From the NCBI GenBank assembly GCA_049513715.1, contig JBEKVV010000006.1:1-64000 (forward strand): 64,000 nt of DNA, in the 5' to 3' direction. Within the stretch, counting starts at the first letter, position 1. Each line of letters opens with the position of its first letter. Shown one piece after another: positions 49,449 through 58,915 of this stretch. The notes under the pieces were generated by a model. That model did no database searches and was not told where the DNA came from. It was given only the letters and a program-made list of their open reading frames with translations. The position numbers were made by a program, and so were the translations under genes. This DNA comes from Candidatus Bathyarchaeia archaeon (GTDB lineage Archaea > Thermoproteota > Bathyarchaeia > 40CM-2-53-6).

Positions 49449-50816
49449 TTGAGCGCTCTGCAAGACGTAGAAATGGCGAAACTCGAAAAGAGAACACCCA
49501 AGTCTAAGGCGATTTACGAGAAGGCAAAGATCGATGTGCCCTTTGGTGTACACAGCACCTACAGGTATTCTGACCCATACCCACTCTACTTCACCCGTTC
49601 CAAAGGTACGAGGTTATGGGACGTAGACGGAAACGAGTACACAGACTACAACATGGGTTTCGGCGTCTTAGTCGCGGGACATGCCCACCCCCTCGTTGTT
49701 GAGGCAATCAAAGAGCAAGCTGAGAAAGGCACAGACTTCGGCTTCGAATGGGAGGAAACCCCGAAATTCGCTAGAATGATCTGCGAGAGATTTGCCGTTG
49801 ACCAAGTGAGGCTTTCCAACACAGGCGCGGAGGCGACCATGTACGCTGTCCGATTCGCGAGGAGTTTCACAGGAAAGAACAAAATCATCAAGTTTGAGGG
49901 CTGCTATCACGGTGGCAACGATGCATTGATCGTCAGCGTCAAGCCATCCAAAGCTAAAGAAGGTGACGCGCGATTCCCCAACTCGGTGCCTTCTTCACAG
50001 GGCGTTCCTGAAGGATACTACAAGAATACACTTGTGGCGCCGTTCAATAACTTGGAAGCCGTCGAAGAAATAGTACGAAAGAACAGCTCCGATCTTGCGG
50101 GAATGATCCTGGAACCCATACCCATGAATATGGGCTACATACTTCCCAAACCAGGCTTCCTGGAAGGGTTGAGGAAGCTGGCCGACCAATACGGTTTCGT
50201 CCTGATCTTCGATGAGATCAAAACCTGTGGAAAATTCTACGGTGGAATGCGAGACTACGTCAACGTGAAGCCTGACCTAATTACTTTGGGCAAAGCAATC
50301 GGAGGCGGCGTTCCAATCTCAGGGATAGCGGGTAAACGCAAGATCATGGAAACCATAGTACCTGGTGTTGTGAGTCACGCAGGGACATTCAACTCGAACC
50401 CACTATGCGTTGCCGCTGGCATCGTAACCTTATCGAAGGTCCTTACGAAAGACGCAATGGGCAAGGCTGCCAGATTCAGTGAGACCCTTGCAAAAGGATA
50501 CCAGGATCTAATCAGAGACAATGGTCTTACAGCACACATGTCACAGGCAGGACTAAGTGGCGCAATCGCATTTTCCCAGAAGCCCATTACGGACTGGAGA
50601 AGCTTCCAAGAGGGCGATACTGGCAAGTGGTTCGCTTACTGCTTCGCCATGATGAACCGGGGAATAATCCCAGCCGGCCCTTCACCAGATGAACAATGGA
50701 CAGTATCAGTTGTCCACACGAAGGAAGAGATTGACGAGCATCTGGAAGCATTCAAAGAAGTCGTTGGCTACGTCAAGAAATACGACAAGCCCGCAGAAGT
50801 AGTCGAAGCCATCTAA
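49449..50816 (+). CDS. Class III PLP aminotransferase, GSA-aminomutase-like
   Basis: NTGAEAT, FEGCYHG, FDEIKT, GKAIGGG, GTFNSNP; start moved to TTG 49449. Confidence 0.92.
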   Translation: MSALQDVEMAKLEKRTPKSKAIYEKAKIDVPFGVHSTYRYSDPYPLYFTRSKGTRLWDVDGNEYTDYNMGFGVLVAGHAHPLVVEAIKEQAEKGTDFGFEWEETPKFARMICERFAVDQVRLSNTGAEATMYAVRFARSFTGKNKIIKFEGCYHGGNDALIVSVKPSKAKEGDARFPNSVPSSQGVPEGYYKNTLVAPFNNLEAVEEIVRKNSSDLAGMILEPIPMNMGYILPKPGFLEGLRKLADQYGFVLIFDEIKTCGKFYGGMRDYVNVKPDLITLGKAIGGGVPISGIAGKRKIMETIVPGVVSHAGTFNSNPLCVAAGIVTLSKVLTKDAMGKAARFSETLAKGYQDLIRDNGLTAHMSQAGLSGAIAFSQKPITDWRSFQEGDTGKWFAYCFAMMNRGIIPAGPSPDEQWTVSVVHTKEEIDEHLEAFKEVVGYVKKYDKPAEVVEAI

Positions 50817-50972
50817 GGCGCTGCTTTCAAGAGAGTTACAGCCTAAGCACCAAAACCGAAAATTCCAGAATAACCAGAGACGGCTCTGAAAAGCCGTCCG
50901 TGTAGCAGCCTAAGAAGCTCAGAGAGAAGTCGAGTCCTTCGTACGGTCGGAAGTAATCCGTAAATATACCTC

Positions 50973-51215
50973 TTGCGCGAAAGACCCGAAACAATTTCAG
51001 AAGGTGATTTCTTGGACAAAACAATGGTTGCTGCAGGAGTCTTACTCACTTTGGCTGGCCTCACGGGACTGTTTTACGGCGCTGGAATCAACCTCCAAGG
51101 AATGTTGGCGAGGGGGGCATCGGACTTCTCCTTCATCACAGCGTACATCGCAGAATGGTTCCTGGTGCTCCTTGCCGGTTTGGCCTTGGCGATTGGCGGG
51201 GCACGCAAGAAATAG
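50973..51215 (+). CDS. Small two-TM membrane protein
   Basis: Two hydrophobic helices; true start probably near MDKT/MVAA. Confidence 0.6.
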   Translation: MRERPETISEGDFLDKTMVAAGVLLTLAGLTGLFYGAGINLQGMLARGASDFSFITAYIAEWFLVLLAGLALAIGGARKK

Positions 51216-51332
51216 AATAAGAGCTGGCCTAGATCTAATCGTCCGCGCTCACAGGTATGCGAAGGCTAACCCACACATTCTTTCGTAACTAGCCCTAGTG
51301 TGTATGCTCAATAGAGTGCAGAGGAATAGGAT

Positions 51333-51446
51333 TTGGAGAAATCAGAATTGTACCTCCAGCTCGCCAAAATCCTGATGATGGCGATTTTTCTGGGACTTTT
51401 CGTCGTTCTCCTGTTGTTGGGGAAGGTCACGATAAGAATCGGATAG
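51333..51446 (+). CDS. Candidate 37-aa single-TM peptide
   Basis: TTG start, MEKSELYLQLAKILMMAIFLGLFVVLLLLGKVTIRIG. Confidence 0.5.
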   Translation: MEKSELYLQLAKILMMAIFLGLFVVLLLLGKVTIRIG

Positions 51447-51506
51447 GAACCCGGCGCGGAGAAAATTGCGGCCTATTGATTCAGACGGACATGGGATCGA
51501 AGGCCA

Positions 51507-52034
51507 CTAATCTGTCTGTGGGAAGTCTCCATGAAAGATTTCCTCGATGGCTTTGCGTGGGGTGGGTTGTGGTTCTTCGGCTGCGTAGCCTACGGCGAAC
51601 ATAGCTACGGGGCGGGCTGATTGTGCGCCGATAACTTCCCGTACTTTGTCCTCATCGAAGTCTCCTATCCACACTGTTGCGAGCCCTAGATCTGCGGCTG
51701 CGAGCATTGCGAAGGCGCCGGCTATTGTGGCGTCCTGCACACAATACAGTTCCGAGCCCCTTTTGCCATATCTTTCAGCAGAGCGCTCTGGGTCAGCGCA
51801 GAAGACGAGGCAGATTGGGGCCTGAGTGATGAACTTCTGGTCATAGGCGGCCTTCGTCAGAGCCTTTCGCTTGGCTTCCTCCTTGACAGTGTAGACTTGG
51901 TAGGCTTGCAAGTTACCAGCGGAGGGAGCCAAATTCGCCGCCTCAAATATGGACTTCAACTTGTCCTCCTCAACCATCTGGGATTTGTATGCGCGAACTG
52001 AACGCCTACGCTTTAAAACCTCCACAAATTCCAA
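51507..52034 (-). CDS. Nitroreductase family protein
   Basis: RRSVRAY, APSAGNLQ, LGLATVWIG. Confidence 0.92.
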   Translation of the reverse strand: MEFVEVLKRRRSVRAYKSQMVEEDKLKSIFEAANLAPSAGNLQAYQVYTVKEEAKRKALTKAAYDQKFITQAPICLVFCADPERSAERYGKRGSELYCVQDATIAGAFAMLAAADLGLATVWIGDFDEDKVREVIGAQSARPVAMFAVGYAAEEPQPTPRKAIEEIFHGDFPQTD

Positions 52035-52085
52035 CGCGTATCATGAAAGTACTCGTGTAAGAAGAATTAAACATACCAACTGGGT

Positions 52086-53186
52086 TTGCATCTTAGAAAG
52101 AAGTCAGCCAGAATGAGAGTGGGCAAAATGTCTGCTGAATTCAAGGTTCAAGCAAAGTTTCTGGAGGCGTGTAAGTACAATCTGCAGCTTAAGCCCGGCC
52201 AGAGGCTTCTCATCATCCATGACAGCACGAGCGAAAGCCTGCTCAACCTGTTGAAGCCGGCAATTGACAAGTCAGGCTACGCCACGGAAATTCTCAATAT
52301 GGGTCCGAACCGGCCGTATGGGTCGATTCCAACGGAGCTTTCGAAGAGAATTTCAGACCATGAAGCGGTCATTGGCTTCTTTAATTACGAAGGGCACGAC
52401 GACTGGAACAGGTCTGAGTTATCGTTCCGGATGGATCTGATTAATTTCATTCAAAGCAAGCCCATGCGGTACGCTCACGCACCCGGGCTCAGTTTGGACA
52501 TGCTGTCCAACGGCTCTTTCCAGTGCGATTTCAAAGAAATGGCTGAAAGTGCCAAGCATCTGCTTAGAGTCCTCGACGGAGCCAGGACAATTCATGTAAT
52601 TGCGCCTGCAGGCACAGATTTCCATTTAGAGCTTGACCCGGGAATGCAGTTCGAAACAGATGCCATAATTGTTCCACCCGGCTTACAGGCACCGGGAAAG
52701 ATGGGAAATTGGCCTCCAGGGGAGGTCTGGGTTGAATCATTCTCGAACGTACCCATCGCGGGAATTGTCCCGGCCCGCATAAGGTCTCACGGAAGAATAG
52801 TGTGTGACCTGTGTGTCGGAGGCATCCTCGCCAAGGTCAACCCGGCACAGCCTGTCGTGGTCGATGTAGGTGAGGATGGGTGGCTCAAGAAGTATGATTC
52901 GGCTGACGAGAGGTTCAGGCGGATCCAGCAGGACTATGATGAGGACTCGGCGAAGTGGAATGTCCAGCCTTACACTCAAGAGCTTGGATTAGGCCTGAAC
53001 GACAAAGCTAGGGTAGGTACGGGGAACCTTCTCGAGGATGAAAAAGCTAAGAAAACATGCCATGTTGCGGTTGGAAGCTACCGGACACACACAGATTTCC
53101 TAATCGGCAAACCCACGATCGATGTCACCTACAATAATCAAAGGACCTCTACCGTCTTGAAACACGGAGAACTGCAACTGAACTAG
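52086..53186 (+). CDS. Thermophilic metalloprotease (M29 aminopeptidase)-like protein
   Basis: PAGTDF, NWPPGEV, ELGLGLN, LEDEK..TCHVAVG, HTD. Confidence 0.78.
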   Translation: MHLRKKSARMRVGKMSAEFKVQAKFLEACKYNLQLKPGQRLLIIHDSTSESLLNLLKPAIDKSGYATEILNMGPNRPYGSIPTELSKRISDHEAVIGFFNYEGHDDWNRSELSFRMDLINFIQSKPMRYAHAPGLSLDMLSNGSFQCDFKEMAESAKHLLRVLDGARTIHVIAPAGTDFHLELDPGMQFETDAIIVPPGLQAPGKMGNWPPGEVWVESFSNVPIAGIVPARIRSHGRIVCDLCVGGILAKVNPAQPVVVDVGEDGWLKKYDSADERFRRIQQDYDEDSAKWNVQPYTQELGLGLNDKARVGTGNLLEDEKAKKTCHVAVGSYRTHTDFLIGKPTIDVTYNNQRTSTVLKHGELQLN

Positions 53187-53249
53187 AAGCTGCAGACCAC
53201 CAGCAGATTGTGGCTCGGTTATTCAAGCTGCGGTGTCCTCGGGCGGGTT

Positions 53250-53861
53250 CTAGTTAGAAGTTTTCTGTAATCCTGCGAGTTCTGACGCTCGCTTAACAAC
53301 CGTCTCGTAAAGTCGTTCGAACCTTCCATCGGTCAACGCCTTTTCTAAGTCCGCGTAGTCAGTGAGGTCGATTCCGTAGACATCTGAATATTCCTCATGC
53401 AACAGGCCGCTGTCTATTGGATGCCGGTCAAGCATCGCATAGAATGTTGCTTTATGTAGAATCGTGACGAAAACGCCGGCCAGTCCACCTCTCTCGAGCA
53501 AGTCTTGTCGTTGACTCATGAAGGGACAGTTGGCGAACTTTTTGACGTTGCAGGATTGGTTCCTTTCGTCGAAGAGTCTTGCATAGATTTGAGCCACGGT
53601 GTTCAGGAATTGCGCGTCCGAGGAGAGTTCTTCAACGGACTTGGTGTTGGGTGAGGCCGTGCTGGCTTGGGCCTTGGTTTGCTGTAGTGTTATCACCGCC
53701 CTTTGTGCTTCGGAGGCCGAATGATCCTTGGACCAGAGCAGGCATGACCACTCGCACTTTTGCTCTGCTTTGGTATCCAGCCGGAGGTCTCGAATGAAAT
53801 CAGCAGCAAATTTCCCGGCAGCGTGGCTCGCTTGATTTTCTGACAACACAACACATCTCAC
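53250..53861 (-). CDS. Hypothetical protein
   Basis: About 200-aa ORF with several Cys; no motif recognised. Confidence 0.6.
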   Translation of the reverse strand: MRCVVLSENQASHAAGKFAADFIRDLRLDTKAEQKCEWSCLLWSKDHSASEAQRAVITLQQTKAQASTASPNTKSVEELSSDAQFLNTVAQIYARLFDERNQSCNVKKFANCPFMSQRQDLLERGGLAGVFVTILHKATFYAMLDRHPIDSGLLHEEYSDVYGIDLTDYADLEKALTDGRFERLYETVVKRASELAGLQKTSN

Positions 53862-53918
53862 TGAAGTGTGGGCAATTTCAAATTAGGTTTTGCATATAAT
53901 TCCTTTGTCCAGTCATCA

Positions 53919-54959
53919 TTACAGACCGGATCCGATGATTTGGTTAAGGGAGCTTGACTTGGAGCTTTCTAGAAGGCTGAGAAGTTCCTTGTTTATCTTA
54001 GCAATTACACTTGGGCCCTCATAGATTAGGGCGGTGTAAAGTTGTACTGAGGAGGCGCCTGCTTCAAAGGCACGCCAAGCGTTTAGTCCAGACGATATGC
54101 CGCCGCATGCGTTGATTGGAATCTTGCCTTCCGTGTTTCGGTAAATGTCTGCTACGATTCTAAGCATGTCCTCGAAGATTGGAGGGCCACTGAGCCCACC
54201 TGTTCCAATGCTGGCTCGCGGTTCATTGATCATCTTTGTGTTAGCCGCGGTTATACCATCCACAGAGTTCTTTACGCAGGTTTCAACGAGGTCTAGGACG
54301 TTCTCGCGCTCTTTCTCAGTGAAATACGGTGGAACCTTCACCCAAACTGGTTTTCCACGGCTCCTAACCGCGTTTGTGGCGTCCAGCAGGCTAGTGAGAA
54401 CCGCTGGGTCTTGAAAAACTCTCACACCCACAGTGTTCGGCGTACTTATGTTCAACTCAATTCCATCTGCTAATGGCTCCATGACGCGGTAACAGCCTGT
54501 AAACTCCTCAACGCTCAACCCCGATACGCTTACTATGATTCGTCCACGATGGTTCTTCTTCTGCTGGAGATTTCCAGCGATTTTTTCAGCTCCGTCGTTT
54601 GGGAGCCCCATCGAGTTTACTAGGGAGTTCCCTGGGTACCGCCACACCCTCGGCTTGGGGTTACCTTCGCGGGGGTTCAATGTAACCGTGCCCAAAGTCA
54701 AGTAGCCAAAGCCCATTTTGAAAAGTGCCCTGACCATCTCACAATTCTTGTCGAACCCGGCCGCAAGCCCAACAGGGTTTGGAAATTCCAGATGGCCGAC
54801 CGAAGCGTTCAACCGTTCATCGTCAACGCAGAAACGGGAACGCAAGAGCGTCCATAACCAAGAACGTTTGAAGAAGCACTTCGCAATGCTATGTGCGGTC
54901 TCTGGCGGTGTAAGAAACATCGCTGGCTTGGCGATTGTTTTGTATAAACTCAGTTTCAA
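53919..54959 (-). CDS. pyrD: Dihydroorotate dehydrogenase, class 2 (quinone)-like
   Basis: NPVGLAAGFDKN, GNPKPR, NISTPN, GGLSG, QLYTAL. Confidence 0.9.
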   Translation of the reverse strand: MKLSLYKTIAKPAMFLTPPETAHSIAKCFFKRSWLWTLLRSRFCVDDERLNASVGHLEFPNPVGLAAGFDKNCEMVRALFKMGFGYLTLGTVTLNPREGNPKPRVWRYPGNSLVNSMGLPNDGAEKIAGNLQQKKNHRGRIIVSVSGLSVEEFTGCYRVMEPLADGIELNISTPNTVGVRVFQDPAVLTSLLDATNAVRSRGKPVWVKVPPYFTEKERENVLDLVETCVKNSVDGITAANTKMINEPRASIGTGGLSGPPIFEDMLRIVADIYRNTEGKIPINACGGISSGLNAWRAFEAGASSVQLYTALIYEGPSVIAKINKELLSLLESSKSSSLNQIIGSGL

Positions 54960-55068
54960 GGAAAACTACTCAGGTGAATTCGCGGCTACACATGGCGTGC
55001 TAACTGTTTCATCGGTAAAATAGCCTTCCAATCCCTCCCGGAGTTACCTGGCAACTGCACGCACGATA

Positions 55069-55281
55069 TCCCACAAGTATGAGTGTGTGTCCCACACTCT
55101 AACAAGGGAGGATGGGTGGCAGCCACCTATGAGAGGGTGGCATACACCCTCACGAGGGGTGCGACACCCCCAAGGCACACACACGAAAAGCCACCAGAAT
55201 AGACGGTTCAATTTTGGATGCTCGCACCACTAGACCCACACACACAAAATTACATAAACGACGACGAACGACGGTTCAATT
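55069..55281 (+). repeat. Dispersed repeat family A, long copy plus partial third unit
   Basis: Homologous to 1568-1748; extra GACGGTTCAATT at 55270-55281. Confidence 0.9.
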
Positions 55282-55343
55282 ATGCGCATGTCGCGTGTCG
55301 TTAGAAAGTCATAAGAAACAATACGCATTAGTCTTGTCGTGTC

Positions 55344-57047
55344 ATGTTGAGCATGCGAGAACGTCGGATCCATTTTTGCTGTAGACACCGATTGCTTCGC
55401 AGGTTTATGTGTCGACTGGAAGGCCTGATTCTAATCACACTATTTCTAGGCCTATTGCTCCATAATGTTGGGAACGTTAATGGTGATTGGCCTCCCTTCG
55501 AACATGTTTTGGGAAAGCAAACGATACTTGTTATTACTGTTGACTTCTCTGACACAGAGCATTCAGTCACCAAATCCTACGTAGAAGACATGATCTTTTC
55601 CAAAGTGAGTTCATATTTTAGAGAGGCTTCGTTCAACCAGACCTGGATTGAAGGCCAGGTCACCGATCGCTGGTACCGTCTATCTGGTACAGTTACCTCC
55701 TATGCCGAACGTAATGCCTTAGGGCGTGGTAATCCGTGGAAAGACATGCAGCGGCTCGTTAGAGATGTAGTGTCGATCGCGGATCATGACGTTGACTTTT
55801 CGAAGTTCCGCTATGTTGTAATCGTCCACTCAGGCGAACTAAACGGAGCATGGGGATTAATCAGTCCATACGAAATCGTCACTAAGGAGGGACCGCTATC
55901 TCGGAATTTTGCAATTCTCTCTGAACGGCATTCCCTCAGCGTTTACGCGCACGAGTTTGGTCACCTTTTCGGTTACCTTCCGGACATGTATGCAGTTCCA
56001 AGCGGCAACCCTGCCTTCGCTGGGCCATGGGATCTGATGTCATGCACATGTTACAGCAGTCCACAACACTTTTCGGCCTGGAGCAAGATTAAGATGGGAT
56101 GGATTCATCAAAATCAAGTACTCACCGTAGATTCCTCCGCCGTAACAAGATTGCGACTCGACGCTCAAGAGGTCGAATCCAATGGAGTGCTTGCTATAAG
56201 AGTCCAATTACCGAGCACGAATGCATACTATCTCTTAGAATTGAGAACTAAGATTGGTTACGATTCAGTGTTACCAGACCAAGGTGTTGTCGCCTATCTT
56301 GTTGATGAGCGCAAGACTGACTGGGGAGAATCTGTCCTAAGTGTTGTACAATACAACACCTCTTCGCTTGAACATGCCACATTTGACATGCGTCCAGGCA
56401 AGGTCCCCGGATTCTTGGACGAGCTACACGGGTTCGGGCTTGTAGTAATATCTTCGCACGGCTCGTCCAGAGAGCTCTTGATAGGAAAACTTACGGCTAC
56501 ACGACCTGCGTTAACGGCGTCCGCGCATATTCAAATGGCTAACGCAACGATCGAATGGGCATGGAGTGAAGGACGAATTCAGGGACTGGAAGCGGCTCGC
56601 GAAAGCTTTCTGGCCTCCTTCGACGCCTTCAACAACACTCATTATGAAGAGGCCGACCGATTAGCAACAGCTGCTGCAACGCTCGCGGCAAAGGCAACAC
56701 GACCATCCTCATACGAGCAAGCGGACCAGATGATCAATTCAGCAAGGCAATTGTTGCTCAACTCGTCGTTCACAGTTCCTGAGGCTCTGGAGCTTCGTCA
56801 GCAAGCAGCCATAGCCCTGCAGAATGCCACGTCTTTATTCTATACGAATCGCTTTGACGAGGCACTAGTTCAGGCTCAGCGTTCATTGGACTTGCTGCGC
56901 GAAGCCAGAAAGGTCGAGGCATCCGTTCTAGAACAAGCTAGGCAGGCTGGAAGTAATCAGCGGACAACGACCTTCTCAATCATAGCGATCATTGCCGTCT
57001 CGGCTATGGTTCTGACCTTGACGTTGGGAAAGAAGAGAAAGAAATGA
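55344..57047 (+). CDS. Secreted M6 (immune inhibitor A)-like metalloprotease with C-terminal TM anchor
   Basis: VDFSD, YFREAS, AHEFGHLFGYLPDMY, WDLMS, HFSAWSKIKMGW. Confidence 0.88.
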   Translation: MLSMRERRIHFCCRHRLLRRFMCRLEGLILITLFLGLLLHNVGNVNGDWPPFEHVLGKQTILVITVDFSDTEHSVTKSYVEDMIFSKVSSYFREASFNQTWIEGQVTDRWYRLSGTVTSYAERNALGRGNPWKDMQRLVRDVVSIADHDVDFSKFRYVVIVHSGELNGAWGLISPYEIVTKEGPLSRNFAILSERHSLSVYAHEFGHLFGYLPDMYAVPSGNPAFAGPWDLMSCTCYSSPQHFSAWSKIKMGWIHQNQVLTVDSSAVTRLRLDAQEVESNGVLAIRVQLPSTNAYYLLELRTKIGYDSVLPDQGVVAYLVDERKTDWGESVLSVVQYNTSSLEHATFDMRPGKVPGFLDELHGFGLVVISSHGSSRELLIGKLTATRPALTASAHIQMANATIEWAWSEGRIQGLEAARESFLASFDAFNNTHYEEADRLATAAATLAAKATRPSSYEQADQMINSARQLLLNSSFTVPEALELRQQAAIALQNATSLFYTNRFDEALVQAQRSLDLLREARKVEASVLEQARQAGSNQRTTTFSIIAIIAVSAMVLTLTLGKKRKK

Positions 57048-57174
57048 GAAATTTGTGTTCTGATCTAGGTTTCGTGCGCGGTTTTCACATTAACCACCAG
57101 GTCCAGTCGGACCACTTAGCCTGACATAACTCCAAGATGGTGCGGGTAAGCTTGAGTAAAGGTGTCCTGAATCG

Positions 57175-57218
57175 GACCGTTGTTTTCGTGTGTGTGAGCT
57201 AGTGGTGCGCACACACAC
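57175..57218 (-). repeat. Family A short palindromic copy, inverted
   Basis: Reverse complement GTGTGTGTGCGCACCACTAGCTCACACACACGAAAACAACGGT. Confidence 0.8.
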
Positions 57219-57474
57219 TAAAAACCAGGGTTGCGTCGTGAGGAATTCGTATGGCATTGCCCGTCATGGCTTCACTTACGGGATCGGTTCGCCATGATTG
57301 GGATAAATCGATGACCATGAAATCGCCGTTGGTTGCGGTACATAAAGAGGCGTGTGTGGTTATCAGGCGTGAATACTGGCAATTGCTTCCATAGGCGTTT
57401 CTTCTTTCACCATGTTCGTTCTCATTTGTGGTAATTGTTGACGGTTCTATTATACGCCGCAGAAGTTACTTTCC

Positions 57475-58020
57475 ATGATCGTGATGAATAGGCCAGAGCA
57501 TAGTTCTCTCTCTGAAATCATGACGAGTAAAGTCGTCACAGTGGACATTAGTGAACGGGTAGAGGAAGCGTTGCGGCTTATGGTTAGGTTTGATGTGGGG
57601 TGCGTCATCGTTACTGATAGGTCAAAGCCTGTGGGCATTGTTACTGAGAGGGACGTCACAAGGGCAGCTCTGCGAGGCGACAGCCTGCTCAAACTCCCGG
57701 TACGAAGCCTGATGTCTAGGCCGTTACAGACGGCTCCACCGGACATGGAGACATGGCGTGCTTTTGAGATCCTTTTGAAGACCGGAGTCAGAAGATTGCC
57801 AGTCGTCGAAAATGACAGGCTGGTCGGAATTGTTACAGAAAACGACCTCACCCGATGGGTCCTTCGAATTTTCTACGAACCCAATCTACCACCCGAGATC
57901 CGAAACCTTGTTCACAACCCAAGAATCGAAGCCTTTGCAGGGCGAGTGAAATGCCCCAACTGTGGCCATTATCAGGACGAGTGCATCTGCGTTAGAACCG
58001 CCGTGGCTGCAGAAGAATAA
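57475..58020 (+). CDS. CBS-pair protein with C-terminal Cys cluster
   Basis: GIVTERD, RRLPVV..GIVT; CPNCGHYQDECIC. Confidence 0.88.
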   Translation: MIVMNRPEHSSLSEIMTSKVVTVDISERVEEALRLMVRFDVGCVIVTDRSKPVGIVTERDVTRAALRGDSLLKLPVRSLMSRPLQTAPPDMETWRAFEILLKTGVRRLPVVENDRLVGIVTENDLTRWVLRIFYEPNLPPEIRNLVHNPRIEAFAGRVKCPNCGHYQDECICVRTAVAAEE

Positions 58021-58141
58021 ACTCCCCAGTCGGATTCATAATCATCGTCATCAGGGTAATCACCGCAGCGGGCACCGTTCAAGAGTGCGGTCTCCTGTGA
58101 AGATGGCTACAGCCGAGCAGTTATTTCCGTCGACCGTTTTT

Positions 58142-58429
58142 TCATTTGAATGCGTAGATTGAATAGATAATTACGGCGAAACCTAAACTTGTGACCATTG
58201 TGCCCATCGCGATTGCGGCTAGAAGGGCTTCACCGAATATCACATAGAAAAGCCCTTCAACGACCGTTCCAGCGGTTATGAGACCAAAGCCTAAGGCTAC
58301 GTATCGCAAAGGTTCGCTTCTGTTCCGTCTGTAGCCCCTGTAGGCTAAGTATACTATGAAAGCTCCCAAGACGAGAGCCAAAACCTTCGGGATAGTTGCG
58401 AGCCATACGTCCACGGTAAACTCAATCAT
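58142..58429 (-). CDS. Small three-TM protein commonly paired with archaeal wHTH regulators
   Basis: YLAYRGYRR..S.PLRYVALGF; start moved to MIEF. Confidence 0.75.
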   Translation of the reverse strand: MIEFTVDVWLATIPKVLALVLGAFIVYLAYRGYRRNRSEPLRYVALGFGLITAGTVVEGLFYVIFGEALLAAIAMGTMVTSLGFAVIIYSIYAFK

Positions 58430-58446
58430 TAATGCTTCCTTCAAAA

Positions 58447-58806
58447 CTATACCGTTGGTATTGATGTCCACATTCGCGTGAATCGATCCGCCACGTGGTC
58501 GTTCACGATTACATCGATCCTAACATCGCCTTTCTCGAAGCTAACATCTATGCGTCGCAGCAGGCTTCTGTACAGATCGTACCATTTGCCGTCCGTCGTA
58601 CGCCCCGACTTGACAGCAGCAATCAGCCCCGCCTCGACCAGCTCTTCAATGCGGCGGTAGACCGTGGTAATCGGTATTTCATACTTCTTGCTCAGCTCCA
58701 AGGCGCTCATTGGGGACTCGATGGTCGCAGTGAGTATTTTCCTAGAATACTCATCAGCCATCGCTGAGAGAATTCGTTGCTTTGCTGGTTCCTCGCTGAC
58801 TATCAA
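58447..58806 (-). CDS. Winged-helix (ArsR-like) transcriptional regulator
   Basis: DEYSRKIL, SALELS..IPITTVYRRIEEL. Confidence 0.88.
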   Translation of the reverse strand: MIVSEEPAKQRILSAMADEYSRKILTATIESPMSALELSKKYEIPITTVYRRIEELVEAGLIAAVKSGRTTDGKWYDLYRSLLRRIDVSFEKGDVRIDVIVNDHVADRFTRMWTSIPTV

Positions 58807-58915
58807 AGGCGCGCCCTAATCCGCTGCTTATCAGGCTAGTAAGCTTGGTTGTATGCCTTTTAAGCTAACGTAAAATAAGCTCATCGTTAATGCCCGTCAG
58901 ATCCGGGTGTGCTAA

